From Marsupella aquatica (taxonomy: Eukaryota; Plantae; Marchantiophyta): 64,000 nucleotides of DNA. The notes beneath the pieces are model-generated. The model was not told the DNA's origin, searched no databases, and worked only from the letters and a program-made list of their open reading frames with translations. A program made the position numbers and the translations under genes. Shown piece after piece: positions 38,171 through 49,573 of this stretch. Within the stretch, counting starts at the first letter, position 1; each line of letters opens with the position of its first letter. The stretch lies in the NCBI GenBank assembly GCA_973895155.1, contig OZ316894.1:23496709-23560708 (forward strand), written 5' to 3'.

Positions 38171-40301
38171 TGGGGTTTGTCTTCATTGTACAACGAGGTT
38201 TGGTGAACCTCACTTTGAGATGGAGGTTCGTGCAAAGGCTCTACAACTAATGAGCTAATCAGTCCATGAAGACTGCTATGGTTGGGCTACACTTTCTTGG
38301 ACAACTAATGTCAAGTGAACTCTGCCCTTGTGTACGTGGATTGATGCACCATAGGCGGCAATAAAAAATGTGAATACATATGTTACCCTCATCTCTTCAC
38401 CTTTTGTGCTTGCTGGACAGCATACGATCGTTCACAGAATATCAGGCAACATTGAATGGCGGGACACAAAAGGCACAAAGAAATGAATTTCCAAGGGAGG
38501 CTCATCCGGAGTCTGGAAATAGGGTATGTGATACCTATACAAAAAACCATATTAAAAGTAAATACATAACTCAAGGAGGTTGGGCGGTGGGAGAGAAGAT
38601 GATACCCATCTACATATATACGTTTTGCTTGTCCAGCCTTGATGTGGCACCCTCCTAGTAATGGAAACCAACATTCATCCCATGACCCGACAAGACATCC
38701 TCTTGATGAATGAATCCTCTGTTCTCCTGTCTCACAACCTACCTCCAAGAACAGAAAATGATGCTCCCATGGACCACAACATTGGTCTTTGTAAACCCCC
38801 ATGGACCACATTTTTCAAAATTTAACTTTAATTGTAATAACTTGACGTTCATAAATTCAAATATTTTTGGTTTTGTTTTGAGAATGTGCTAGAGGAGCCA
38901 TTTTGGTTTGGTGTAAAGTATTTATTATTATTTTTTTAGGAAATCTGTGAAACCCCACAGATAGGGAAGAATTAGCCACAATAGTTGAACCCAAGACCTT
39001 TTAGTCTCTATTCTATTCAAGCGAGCTACCACAAAGGCATGCCTCTCTGGGCAGAGGAGCCATTTTGGTTGAGTTATTTATCATGGAATGCGGAGGGATA
39101 TAACTTATCAGGTTAATTTTCATTGTGTTAATATGAAATTTGGGCTTGTGGTTTTTTTGTATCTCCTCCTTCTCTAGTTGCCTTGCAGGTGAAAACTAAA
39201 AATTATCTTAAGACTCATATTCATCAAGTTATAAGCCCAAAATTGCCATGAACTACCAAAATGTTGTCCACAGGAGCTCTAAGTTTATCCTTGAACAAAT
39301 AGATCTTGTTAGATCACAGCTGCCACTATAAAAGGGTCCCAGGCTCTAACAAACCATTGTTCATTTGTCTCGGTGAACCTAGACCTAGTACCCTACAGGC
39401 CCACTCAATTCCCATAATAGGACCCTAGTATCCTAAAACCTATTAGTTTGAGGACCCCTAGCTTGATATGTAAGAGTGTTATATTATACTATACTGTTTG
39501 GAGCCATGAAGATTTGCACATTGGAATAGATTGATAAGATGTCAAATTCATTGAAGACAAATAGGAGTACATTCATGGTAATACCAAGGGAAATTATCCA
39601 TGCAAAATGTTTCCCTTTGTACCTTTGTACATAACATTACATTCCATATAGTTCACGCAAAATATTATTTTTTCCATAGTATTTAAAAGGTCTTAGAGTC
39701 CCTTGGTATTCCTCTACCCAAAGTAGTTACACTGTTACTTACCTTTGCTTGTTACTCCTCTATCCATAGTAGCCAAAGTATTTCTTAAGTTACCTTGTTA
39801 CATTAATATTAAAGAAGTTGAAAAGTTTATTGGGTTTCTTATGATACCTTGGTAAATGTTAGAATAGTTGAAGAGTTTTTTCTACCTAACATTATTTCAA
39901 AAATGTTTAAACTAAATAGAAAATTTTAACATATTACCAGAAACACTGATATATATATCACAAATCATCCAAAGATTATTTTCTTTCACCCCGGCCTATT
40001 TTACCCTTTTCTTTGTTTATTTGAAATGTTACTTTTCAGTTTTCCATTGCTTTTACAGTTACAGGGTCTAACTTTTTTTGTTTGTTCTTGCACAAATAGT
40101 TCTTGTTTGTGACAAATCATGTTGATGTGGTTGCATGTGCATCCAGGAATTTTGGAAGGAACTTCCCATGGGGTCCATAAATACTTTTTGCTGTTTATTT
40201 TCTTGAAAATATGAACTATTTAAGATGACACTTCAAATTGGTGGAATGTACATGTTAAGCCATCGATTGTCCCTCTCAGTGAACTGATTTGATGACACTG
40301 A

Positions 40302-40645
40302 TGTTGAGCATAGACGACATTCGTAATAGCAAACCCATGAACCATCCAACGCACAATAGTCGACACAGAGAGATACGTGGTTCACCTCCACATGAGGCTA
40401 CGTCCACGGGAACACACAAGAGCTTTACTGCACTCTAGGCCGACAGGCCATACCAAGCATCCACAGCACAAGCTCTCCCTATCTCTCAACTAGCTCCGTA
40501 ACAATGAGCCTAAGTTCCACTAGGGTCTGGCATCAGCCCTGGCTATATACACAACAGCACTACCGCTAACATTAGCTAAGTCCTAACCCGAGTTAGACTA
40601 ACTGTGGTTAGCTCATGAGTCACAAGACTAGAGCAATATCTAACA
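40302..40645 (-). mobile_element. 344-bp solo LTR (Copia-like)
   Basis: TGTT...AACA termini with a perfect 5-bp TSD ACTGA (40297-40301, 40646-40650); TATA-like motif on the minus strand at ~40543-40550. Confidence 0.88.
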
Positions 40646-41349
40646 ACTGATACTCAGAAATTGAAAGAAATATGATGTGCTCTTTTGTATACATAATTGC
40701 ACTATTTATGAATTGAGTGTTATGGATTACCAAGAGTAATCAAGTGCATAAACTTGTGGTTTATATACTATACACCATTGTTCAAGTTAGGAAGCACCAT
40801 AGTTTTAGAAACAGGAGCACCACCAAGAGAACAGTGTAGTAATGAATGTAGCTTAATACTGTTCATAGACAACGGTACATAGTAAAGAGCATCTCCCATG
40901 GTTATTGATTTGTCTACTGAAAGGCTATGCTGTCCAAATTCAATAACAATGAGTCAAAAAGTGTGATCTGTTGACCAAAATTTATAATGTTGGACCAAAA
41001 AGTGTAATGCAATGTTGACCAAAAGCTGCTATATGGTGAATGCAACTTTCAGTATTTTGTCTTATTCAAACTTCTTTTGTTATGCATTTTTATTTCAATG
41101 TGTTCTACCAAGGTGCATCCCTTGTATAGTTTAGATTTCCAATTTTATTCTAGCACCCCTCTAATTTTTTAAATCTTTGCTATATTTTAAGATCATCCAC
41201 CCTGTAACAAAGCTCGTTGAATTTCTAGCCTTTATTCTCATGAGTACAGAATAAATTATCTAAATAATGTGCACACCTTATGTCTTTAAGTACTACTCAT
41301 AGTTTTGTGTCCTAAATTTATGGGTTTAATTATTTTGAGTGTCATTACC

Positions 41350-43265
41350 GAGAGATATACTTAGTGGACCTCCAAATGTAACTTTTTCTCTTAATGGACC
41401 AAAAGTTGCACACGCCCTCCCAATGGACCTCTGGGCCCACCAGAGGTGCCATTTCGTGTGAGATGTTCTTCTAACACATTGTGCAGTTCTTATAACGCGA
41501 GATTGTCACTGTAAAACGCAGCATGTCCTACTGTTCTTTAGTGTCCGACCGCGTCGCCGAATGCGGTCGACTACGATCGTAGTTCCGAGTGAATCAATGT
41601 ATCCCGCAATGTATACATTGACCACAATGCATACAAACATGAACCGTCATTTTTCTGGGGGGCGTTTTTGTAAAGTCGGAGGGACAAAAAAAAATTCTAA
41701 GTGTGAAATCCAAATACAGCGTGCAAAGTGTATACATGACAAATCATATCTCTGTGTTGTAATACAAAAGGTTTTGATTATTTGGGCAGGCTTTGGCAAG
41801 GGGCATCTTTGTAAAGTCGGAGGGACATCCACATTACTCATGATTATATCAATTGCCTTGTGGAAAGAGCTAACATCAGCCCCGACATCAGCCTGGCTAT
41901 AGTCTTGGAGAATTTGTGATGCGTGCAAGGAATCCAAAATGTCATCCTCTTGCACAGCGACCTCTTGTGATACAGACCCCGGGATTACAAATTCACTTTG
42001 CACCTTGCGCAATGGCCCACAAACTGTCAACTTAGTCCGACGTCTACTTGCATATGGGTCTATTGAAGGTTGGCCAGACTGGGCAGCAACATTTCTCTTT
42101 GGAAAAAGTACTTGTGATACTTGACAATCAACTTGCAAAACATGCAAATTTTGATCCACAGGCAACTGCACAGGCAACTGTTGCACATGCTCGGCCTAGT
42201 GATAGACAACATTGGTGATAGGAGCAGAGCTCACATGCTCCTCCAACATCTCAAAGAAATTGTCGTCTACCAAGCAGCCCCAACCCTTCTTCTCCTAGAT
42301 TTGAATGTGGAACACCTTAATCAGACAAACAAGGATCGATTTGGATGGGACATATGGCTCACTCTTCCCCAAAGTTGAAACACAATAGTCTTCCTTGAGC
42401 TGATTCTTCTTTTGCTGCTGGGTCATCTGCCATCTCAGCTTTGCAATAGACCTCAAACGAATCCATGATGCACCTTCTGTCTTCTTCCCATTGGTGCTGC
42501 TCAATTTTTGTGGTGTCTTTGCGAGATGAGAGATGGTGAGTTTTGAACTCAACCAAGGCAGGCACTTGTTGATCTCCCTGAATCACTCTGCACTCACTCC
42601 AAATTGCTCGACAGGCAGTCCCGATTCATTTTGCAATCTCCCTTCACCAGCCCGACAAGCCTTTGATCCGCCTACGAGCTGCCTGGTCTCCAATAGTCAA
42701 ATCCCTAAAACAATCCTCCTCTCTCGATCACCATTCCTATCGATCGGCCGCCGCCTAAAATCCTAAACCCTTGCCAAAGAGAAGGCATACACACACAAAT
42801 GATCGTGCCCTCATCCCTAACGATGAACTAGCAAAGCAGACGCCGCAACTTAGAATCGCGACGTGTCATTGCATGTGTAGAGTGAATACATTGACCATGT
42901 TGTATTATTCCAATTATTCTAGATTGCAGCTATTGTAGTTTTGAATTATACAATAGTCATATTGTATTCACAAAAACTAGGAAGCCATGGTGCTGTGGCG
43001 TTCGATTGCGGCCAGGGCTACGACGCTTGTGGACTGCGACGTTATCGATGGCCTACTACACATGACCAACCACTGTGTCCACATGGTACGTAGTGGACCT
43101 GAACTGTGTGGTAAGGTGTTTCAGAAGAACATGCTTGTACGGAGTGGGCCCAGAGGTCCATTGGGAGAGAATCTAAACGTTGGGGTCCACTAGGAGGGCG
43201 TGTGCAACTTTTGGTCCATTAAGAGAAAAAGTTGCATTTGGAGGTCCACTAAATATATATCTCTG
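41350..43265 (-). mobile_element. Mutator-like (MULE) non-autonomous element with ~90-bp TIRs and decayed internal coding fragments
   Basis: gagagatatacttagtggacctccaaatgtaactttttctcttaatggaccaaaagttgcacacgccctcc...tggacctctgggcccac (41350-41439) is the reverse complement of 43144-43264, with one ~30-bp insertion in the right TIR. Minus-strand ORF fragments at 41647-42586. No TSD recognisable. Confidence 0.8.
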
Positions 43266-43367
43266 AGGAGAAAATGGACTCCCTTGCCTTTCATTGATTT
43301 CTTTTAGGGGGGGGGGGAGAAGGGAAACTGAGGCAGCCCAAGAGAAAGGGGGAGAGGAGGCCATGAC

Positions 43368-43680
43368 GAAGAGGGGGGATGTCACCCTCCACCTACTTGG
43401 GTTGTGTGAATGCATGTGCCTGCTGTGAATGCATGTGCCTTATCATTATTTTATTTATTTCACTTTCCTTTGCTCCACTTTGTCTCATCTCCTATCTTGT
43501 ACTTATGGGAGGGTATGATACTAATCATCCCTTCACCCATGGGTGCATCATTATTTGGACTCCCTACATTGAACTTTATGTCTCCTAGTCCTTGTCCCCT
43601 CATAATGGTGTCCCAAGTGTAGCCATCGCAATGGCAACACATGGCACTCACATAGAGCTATGCCATATGCCCCTCTTACA
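43368..43680 (+). mobile_element. Possible polypurine tract plus 3' LTR remnant
   Basis: gaagagggggga (43368-43379) is immediately followed by TGTCAC; a possible CA terminus at 43680 (ttaca). Confidence 0.35.
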
Positions 43681-44380
43681 GAATCTGTGTGTATTCCAAA
43701 ATACTTTATCTAGTTTGCTTTGGGTTAGGGATATTGTTTTTTGACTAATGAAAGGCTACAATAAAAGAGCTTATAAATCCGATGATCATGGAATGTTCCC
43801 TGCAAAAGTGATTTTGACGACCCGCCAGTTTTAGCCTGATAGGGTCTTATAGTAGTAAGATTTGAGAGATAGGGAGAGTCTAGGTTATGGATTGAGATTA
43901 GGTATGGGAGATGAACTTAAAGTATGTTCAATAATGTTCTCTTACATGTGTTCCCATGAAAGTAACCATGTTTACAGAACCTATTTAGGGGGCCTAGTTT
44001 GTAATGAAAGTTTAGTAAAAACATCTCACATAAATTTGTTTTGGCAAGGGTCCCATCAAGTATATACCTCTTGGACCTGACATTTGCATTTTGTTTAGTC
44101 TTGGGTTCCGCCAAGGTTCCAAAACGGCATGGACAGAAAGCCAAATGAATAAAGTTTCAAGGAATGATTGGGCAAGGAATGGGTTGGACCTGAATTTTTG
44201 CAAATTTTCTAGTGGATTTGGTCAACACCTAACTAAAGTGACCTCACTTTTGGCAATGTATAGTGGGTTTGGTCAACAACCAAACCCTTTCATACCTCTA
44301 GATTGGAGCATGTCTTATTGGATGACTAAAATGATTCATAATAGCACTAGGCAAGAATAAGACTTGATGGGGCTCCTCAC

Positions 44381-44564
44381 AGGTATTTGCTTGATAGACC
44401 CCCAAAATGAAACTTGTTACTTGATCAACCCCCTGAGGTCTATCAACGGTCCAGATCTGAGATCTAAAGGTCCATCAACGGTCCAGATTGGGGAAAAGCA
44501 TGGAGGGGGAGGGGGTTGATTAAGGAAACTTTTTCAAGAAGGGGGTCTACTAAGCATATCTCTC
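44381..44564. mobile_element. ~180-bp MITE with ~50-bp imperfect TIRs
   Basis: tttgcttgatagaccccc...ttgatcaacccc pairs with ggggttgattaa...gggggtctactaagcata; internal duplication of catcaacggtccagat-like sequence. Confidence 0.7.
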
Positions 44565-45844
44565 GGCTACTCAAGGGAAAAAGAAACATTGGTCACAAGG
44601 CCCCTTATTTTTAAAGGGACTTGCTGGGGCCAGTCCCTGCAGCCAGTGCACATCTCCTCCAATCCCAGCCCCATTAATGCTCCAGAGTCAACTAGCCTGG
44701 TACCATGTAGCTCTAGTGTCCTCTCCAGCCTATTTTGAGGTTTTCTTTCTATCCCAAAGTGGCCAAAAATTCTTCAAGGGTTAGAGGGGTTAGGTTACAA
44801 GACTTGAGGGCCTACCAAGTCGCTCTCAAAAGATGGGCCTCGTTTTTCTCTGGAGGGGCCCATCAAAACTTTTTCTCAACACTAGGTAGCACAGACTTTG
44901 AGCTACCCACCTTGTTGTGGGTCTTCATGGTCTGATGGTCTGACTGATTGGTGTTGCGTCCAGTCCTCCTGGTGCTGTGCTCCTTTGTGCCCTCAGCTTA
45001 GGCGGCTTTTACAAAGATATACTAACAGTCTACTGTGGCTAAGTGCAGGCTCCCGGGAGGACACCCCAAGCCTGTACTTATCCATGTTATGCAGTATGCC
45101 ATAAGTGCACGGGTGTCATTTATGCATTTATCCATGTTTGCATGTTGCACATTCCTATAAGTGCATGTGAAAATCACTCATGCACTGCTGCAAGTGGCTT
45201 GTCAGGTCATATGCTTCAGACTCCTCATACCCTGAATCCTCATATTACATGATTCCACTGGATAAGTGCATGAAACTACCATGTGTAGTTGTACACTGCA
45301 CTTATCAATAAATGCTTCTAGCATATGTGTTGCAGTAATAGAGCAAATGCATGTGCACTCTTATAGACGGAAATATGTTTATGTATCTGTCATTTAGCGA
45401 CGTAAACCTGCACTTACAAATGGTGCATTTACAAAGAAAAATGTTGTAATATTAGGGGACTACATGACCAACCTGGAGTTACCCACAGAATGCACTTATA
45501 ACCTTGCACTTATTGTCTGAACTACGTGATGGGGGCCCAAAAACAGCCCCCAAGATCAAAAATACTAGACTGCACTGGATTTCTATACAGTTTCCTTTGT
45601 TCTAAAGAGACCAAAACAAAATCCAAAGTATTGCATATAGGATTTGTATTCAGGCAAGATCATAATGACTAGAGGAAAGAGATGAGGGGAACATTCAATG
45701 ATTTGTCTTTGTGTTTACCTCATTCTTTTGTTTTTATTTCACTTTGTTCAGCCTAATGTGACCAAACCCCCTTTGGTCACGGGCCTGGTACACAATGCAC
45801 TTATCCACTGAAGAGTGTGTGGTGGCCTCATGCTGCTCACTAAT

Positions 45845-46110
45845 TCCTCAAATTGAACTGGACTACCCAATAATGAATCGTGACCTCTTTCAGGACCCAG
45901 TCTCCAGGAATCATATTGACTGCATGCTATGACTGCATGCCGAAGAAATCGGCCTCGAATTGAACTGGACAGCCATTGTGCCAAATAATTCATGACCGCT
46001 TTCAGGACCCGGTCTTCAGGAATAATAGTTAAAACTATATCCTGAAAATGGCCTTAAATTGAATAATTGAATTGGTCTGCCGAATGAATCATGACTGCTT
46101 TCAGGTCCAG
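45845..46110. repeat. ~105-115-bp degenerate tandem repeat, 3 copies, upstream of the reductase gene
   Basis: aattgaactggac...catgaccgctttcaggacc with variants at ~45851, ~45958 and ~46057. Confidence 0.75.
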
Positions 46111-46262
46111 TCCAGTCGTACCCACATTCGTTGTTCCCTGGAGGTGTATGTGGAGCTCACTTTGTTGGTGCTCTGCTGAACGCTTCTTCCGGAGTCAAAG
46201 ACATCGTAAGCCCACTTTTCCTTGACGACCTCTGCAGACAAAGAAGGCTGGCGGACGGATTT

Positions 46263-46414
46263 CTGAAGGAGTTGAGTGTATATATGTGGAGTACGTTCGG
46301 TACTGCTTGTCAAGGAGATAGACGACTTCCATTGCTCCTGAAGGGATTCAGTGTGTACATATGCAGAGTACGTTCGGTGCTGCTTGTGAAGGAGCTAGAC
46401 GACTCCCATTGCTG
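46263..46414 (+). repeat. 75-bp tandem duplication containing a TATA-like motif, in the reductase proximal promoter or 5' UTR
   Basis: ctgaagga...gtgtatatatgtggagtacgttcggtactgcttgtcaaggagatagacgacttccattgct repeated with variants at 46263 and 46338. Confidence 0.8.
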
Positions 46415-46577
46415 ACTTCTTCTGTTGCTGTGGAGTAGAAATTGTGGCAGACAGTGGGAAAGTCACTTGAGTTGTGCTGATTTCGGCCGTTTTGGAGTGG
46501 AAAGTGGGACGGAAGTGACTTGAGTTGATTTGACTTGATTTAATTTTGGGGGGGAAACTAGAGAGAGACGGATTGCG

Positions 46578-49573
46578 ATGGGGAGTGCGAGTCCTGCTAG
46601 CAAGGTTCTCATAATTGGAGCAACGGGAACGGGGGGAATGCTCGGCCAGTACATTGCCAAGGCCAGTGTGGCTGCGGGGCATCCCACATTCGTCCTCGTT
46701 CGTACTCCTACGCTCTCCAATCCAGCTAAAGCTCACATCCTCGACAGCTACAGGGAGCTCGGCATTACAATTCTTGAGGTTGGTTTCATTGCTCAACTCC
46801 TCATCCAGTGTTTGCTTTGCCATCCTCTTTGCTGACCAAGGTTGAGAAGGAATTTGTTTCATAAGACTGTCTCTTGTAAGAACAAGTCAGTGGAGCGATG
46901 TCTCGTGGTTTACTTTTTGTTCAAGTGGGTCTTACGTTTCCTGACGGTCTTCTGAAGCTCTTGTAATCCACATGGATCACAAGTTGGTGTTACCTTCCTC
47001 GTTTCGACATTCTGGAGCGACTTAATTTCATTATATCGCTTTTTGTCCTCTGGGACTGCCGGGCCTTTAAGAGAAGTCGATTGATTTAGTTAATCTTAGA
47101 GACCGAGGATCAAAAAGCAATCGGCGGGAGAGTTCTTAGAAGAGAGGACGGGAAGGCAAAAGCTCTGGAACAGAGTGATGGAAACGGGAGTCTCAGAAAA
47201 TTTAACAGTGTACCCAAATGATTGTGAAATAGAGAAGCGCAAGGTAAGCGTACATGTATTGCAAATGCTTGAATTTTGTAAGCTCAGGGAAATCGAGCGG
47301 ACCTTAGCCTCGGAGACAAGTATGTTTCTTAATTTGAAAAGGAGTTCGACAACTAGGGAGAGCGCATAGTTGTATTTCATGTGATCCATGGGCTTTGCTA
47401 TTCTTATGGGACAAAGCACCAGAAGGAGGCAAGGTTCCAGTGGGAGCTAGTTTGAAGGGCAAGTGATCGAGAAAGAATGACAGTAGGCGGATGTCTAAGT
47501 TAAGTTGGGTCTGGTGCTGGAATGGGACACCTTGGAAAGAAATCCCAGGAGAAGCGTGTTAGATATTTATTGACGCTATGAGACTTTCCATTTACATTCG
47601 GTGCTATTGCTGTGTAGGGCTCATTAGAAGACCACCAGAGCCTGGTGAATGCTCTCAAGCAAGTGGATGTTGTAATCTGTACTGTGGGTGGAACCAGCGT
47701 TCACTCTCAATTCGCTCTGCTGCCAGCAATCAAAGAAGCCGGAACCATCAAGGTACCATTATTAAACAACTTGTTCTTTCGAGATGTTAGTGCACGTTTC
47801 TGAAGTCCACTACCCCTGTGTATCAGTGCTGTGTCCTAAGCTGTACAAACCTCTGAAAGATTTCCTCTGTACGTTGTCATTCTTACTCAGAGAATTGGGT
47901 CCCCAGGGACATCAAGATGAATTTATTCTTACACTCTGTGAAGACCGTTTAGTTTTCCTAAAGACATACTTGTAATCTTGTAAGACCCTTCGAAATGTTT
48001 GGGATATTCAACGAATCACCAGGTTCTTCTCCTCCACGATCTAGGTCGTCAAAACTGAGAACTGTTTTGGCTTCATGAACTTGAGAATCCATTTACGACA
48101 TGAGACATTCTGCTTGACGATCTGTACATTAAATAAGGACATGTCAACTCGCGAGCTTAAGCTAATTATTTACTTGCTCAGGGTTTCGTTCACATTTCTA
48201 AGATGAAGTCCACTTTGTCTTAGCGACTCAATGACCTGTGGTGCAGCTCTAAGATAGTGTTTCCTCGTTTGATCTGCAGACTAACCGGCATACGAGCCAC
48301 GATGAGAATTGTTTTTTTTCTCACAATATCATAGATTGGACCTCAGACTGGTGTGCTAATTTGAGATATGAGAGATCTACAATGCTTCAGGTGTACAATG
48401 TAAGGTATGAACTGACAATTGTTGAGTTGTGTCACATTCGAATCTGCAGAGATTTCTCCCGTCGGAGTTTGGAATGGATGTTGACAGAGTACCATTATTG
48501 CCACCGATTGCGGGGCACCTGGGCGTGAAATCTAAGATGCGTCGAGAAATTGTCAAGGCTGAAATTCCTTATACAATAGTTAATAATGTAGGTGCTGCAA
48601 GGTCCTTCCTTGCCTCGTTATTTCAACATGGGAGAAAGTCTCCACCCAGAGACAAAGTTGAGATCTGTGGTGACGGCGAAGGAAAAAGTAAGAGCCAGCA
48701 TCTTGGATTGATGTTATTTTCACTGAGATAGCACAGGAGACGAAGAAGAACTTTATACAGTCCATTCTATTCTCATCTGTCCAATCCATGTTATTCCTAT
48801 ATTTTTCCGATAAAACGTGACGAATGGTTATGAGATGGTCCGAAATGATTTACATCATTGGATTTACGGTCAGCTTTTCAGTGTTTGGTTTGAATATGAT
48901 CAAACATGCTAACTTGGTTGCTTTGGTTTGTTTGCAGTTTCGGTATTGGACGAGGCTGACATTGCTGCATACACTATCATGGCCATTGATGATCCTAGAA
49001 CTTTGAACAAAACTTTGAGCATGCGGCCTGAATTAATTTCTCCAAATGCGATTGTTGCTATTTGGGAGAAAAAGCTTGGACACACACTCGAGAAGACATT
49101 TGTTACAAGGGAGGAATTGATGAAACAGATTAAAGGTAAGATTCAAAATACAATTCTAAGTTGTTCTCATGATGTCCTGCTAGACCCCTCAACTACTCTA
49201 GCTAAAGTTTTGTAACTCTTGAGCCCGTGAGACATTCAGGAACTGGATATTGTGAACATATATCTAACAGGAGTGATAGTAGATTGGATTAACTTGTTCT
49301 CTATATGCACGAAAATTGAACTTTGATGTAAAACTCTGACACAGCTAACATGTTTGATCATGCGTGTGCTTGTCTGCAGGATTAGCAAGCGAACCTCTTG
49401 TTCCTGGGCCAGGAGGGGCACCACCCATGATTGCCGTCTTGTGTACTCGTATGGCTATATTCGTAGAAGCAGGATTCAGTTTGGAGGCAACTCCAAACTA
49501 TGTAGAGGTCCAAGACCTTTATCCAGACTACAAGTTTGTCACCGTGGATGAGTACCTGGATCGGTTTGTATAG
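46578..49573 (+). CDS. NmrA-family PIP reductase (isoflavone reductase / phenylcoumaran benzylic ether reductase / pinoresinol reductase-like), 321 aa; exons 46578-46778, 47618-47752, 48450-48687, 48938-49135, 49380-49573
   Basis: KVLIIGATG...ASVAAGHPTFVLVR; GSLEDHQSLVNALKQVDVVI; EAGTIK|RFLPSEFGMDVDR; catalytic Lys region VKSKMRR; AIDDPRTLNK; LYPDYKFVTVDEYLDRFV*. Exons total 966 nt and all introns are GT-AG. Confidence 0.93.
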
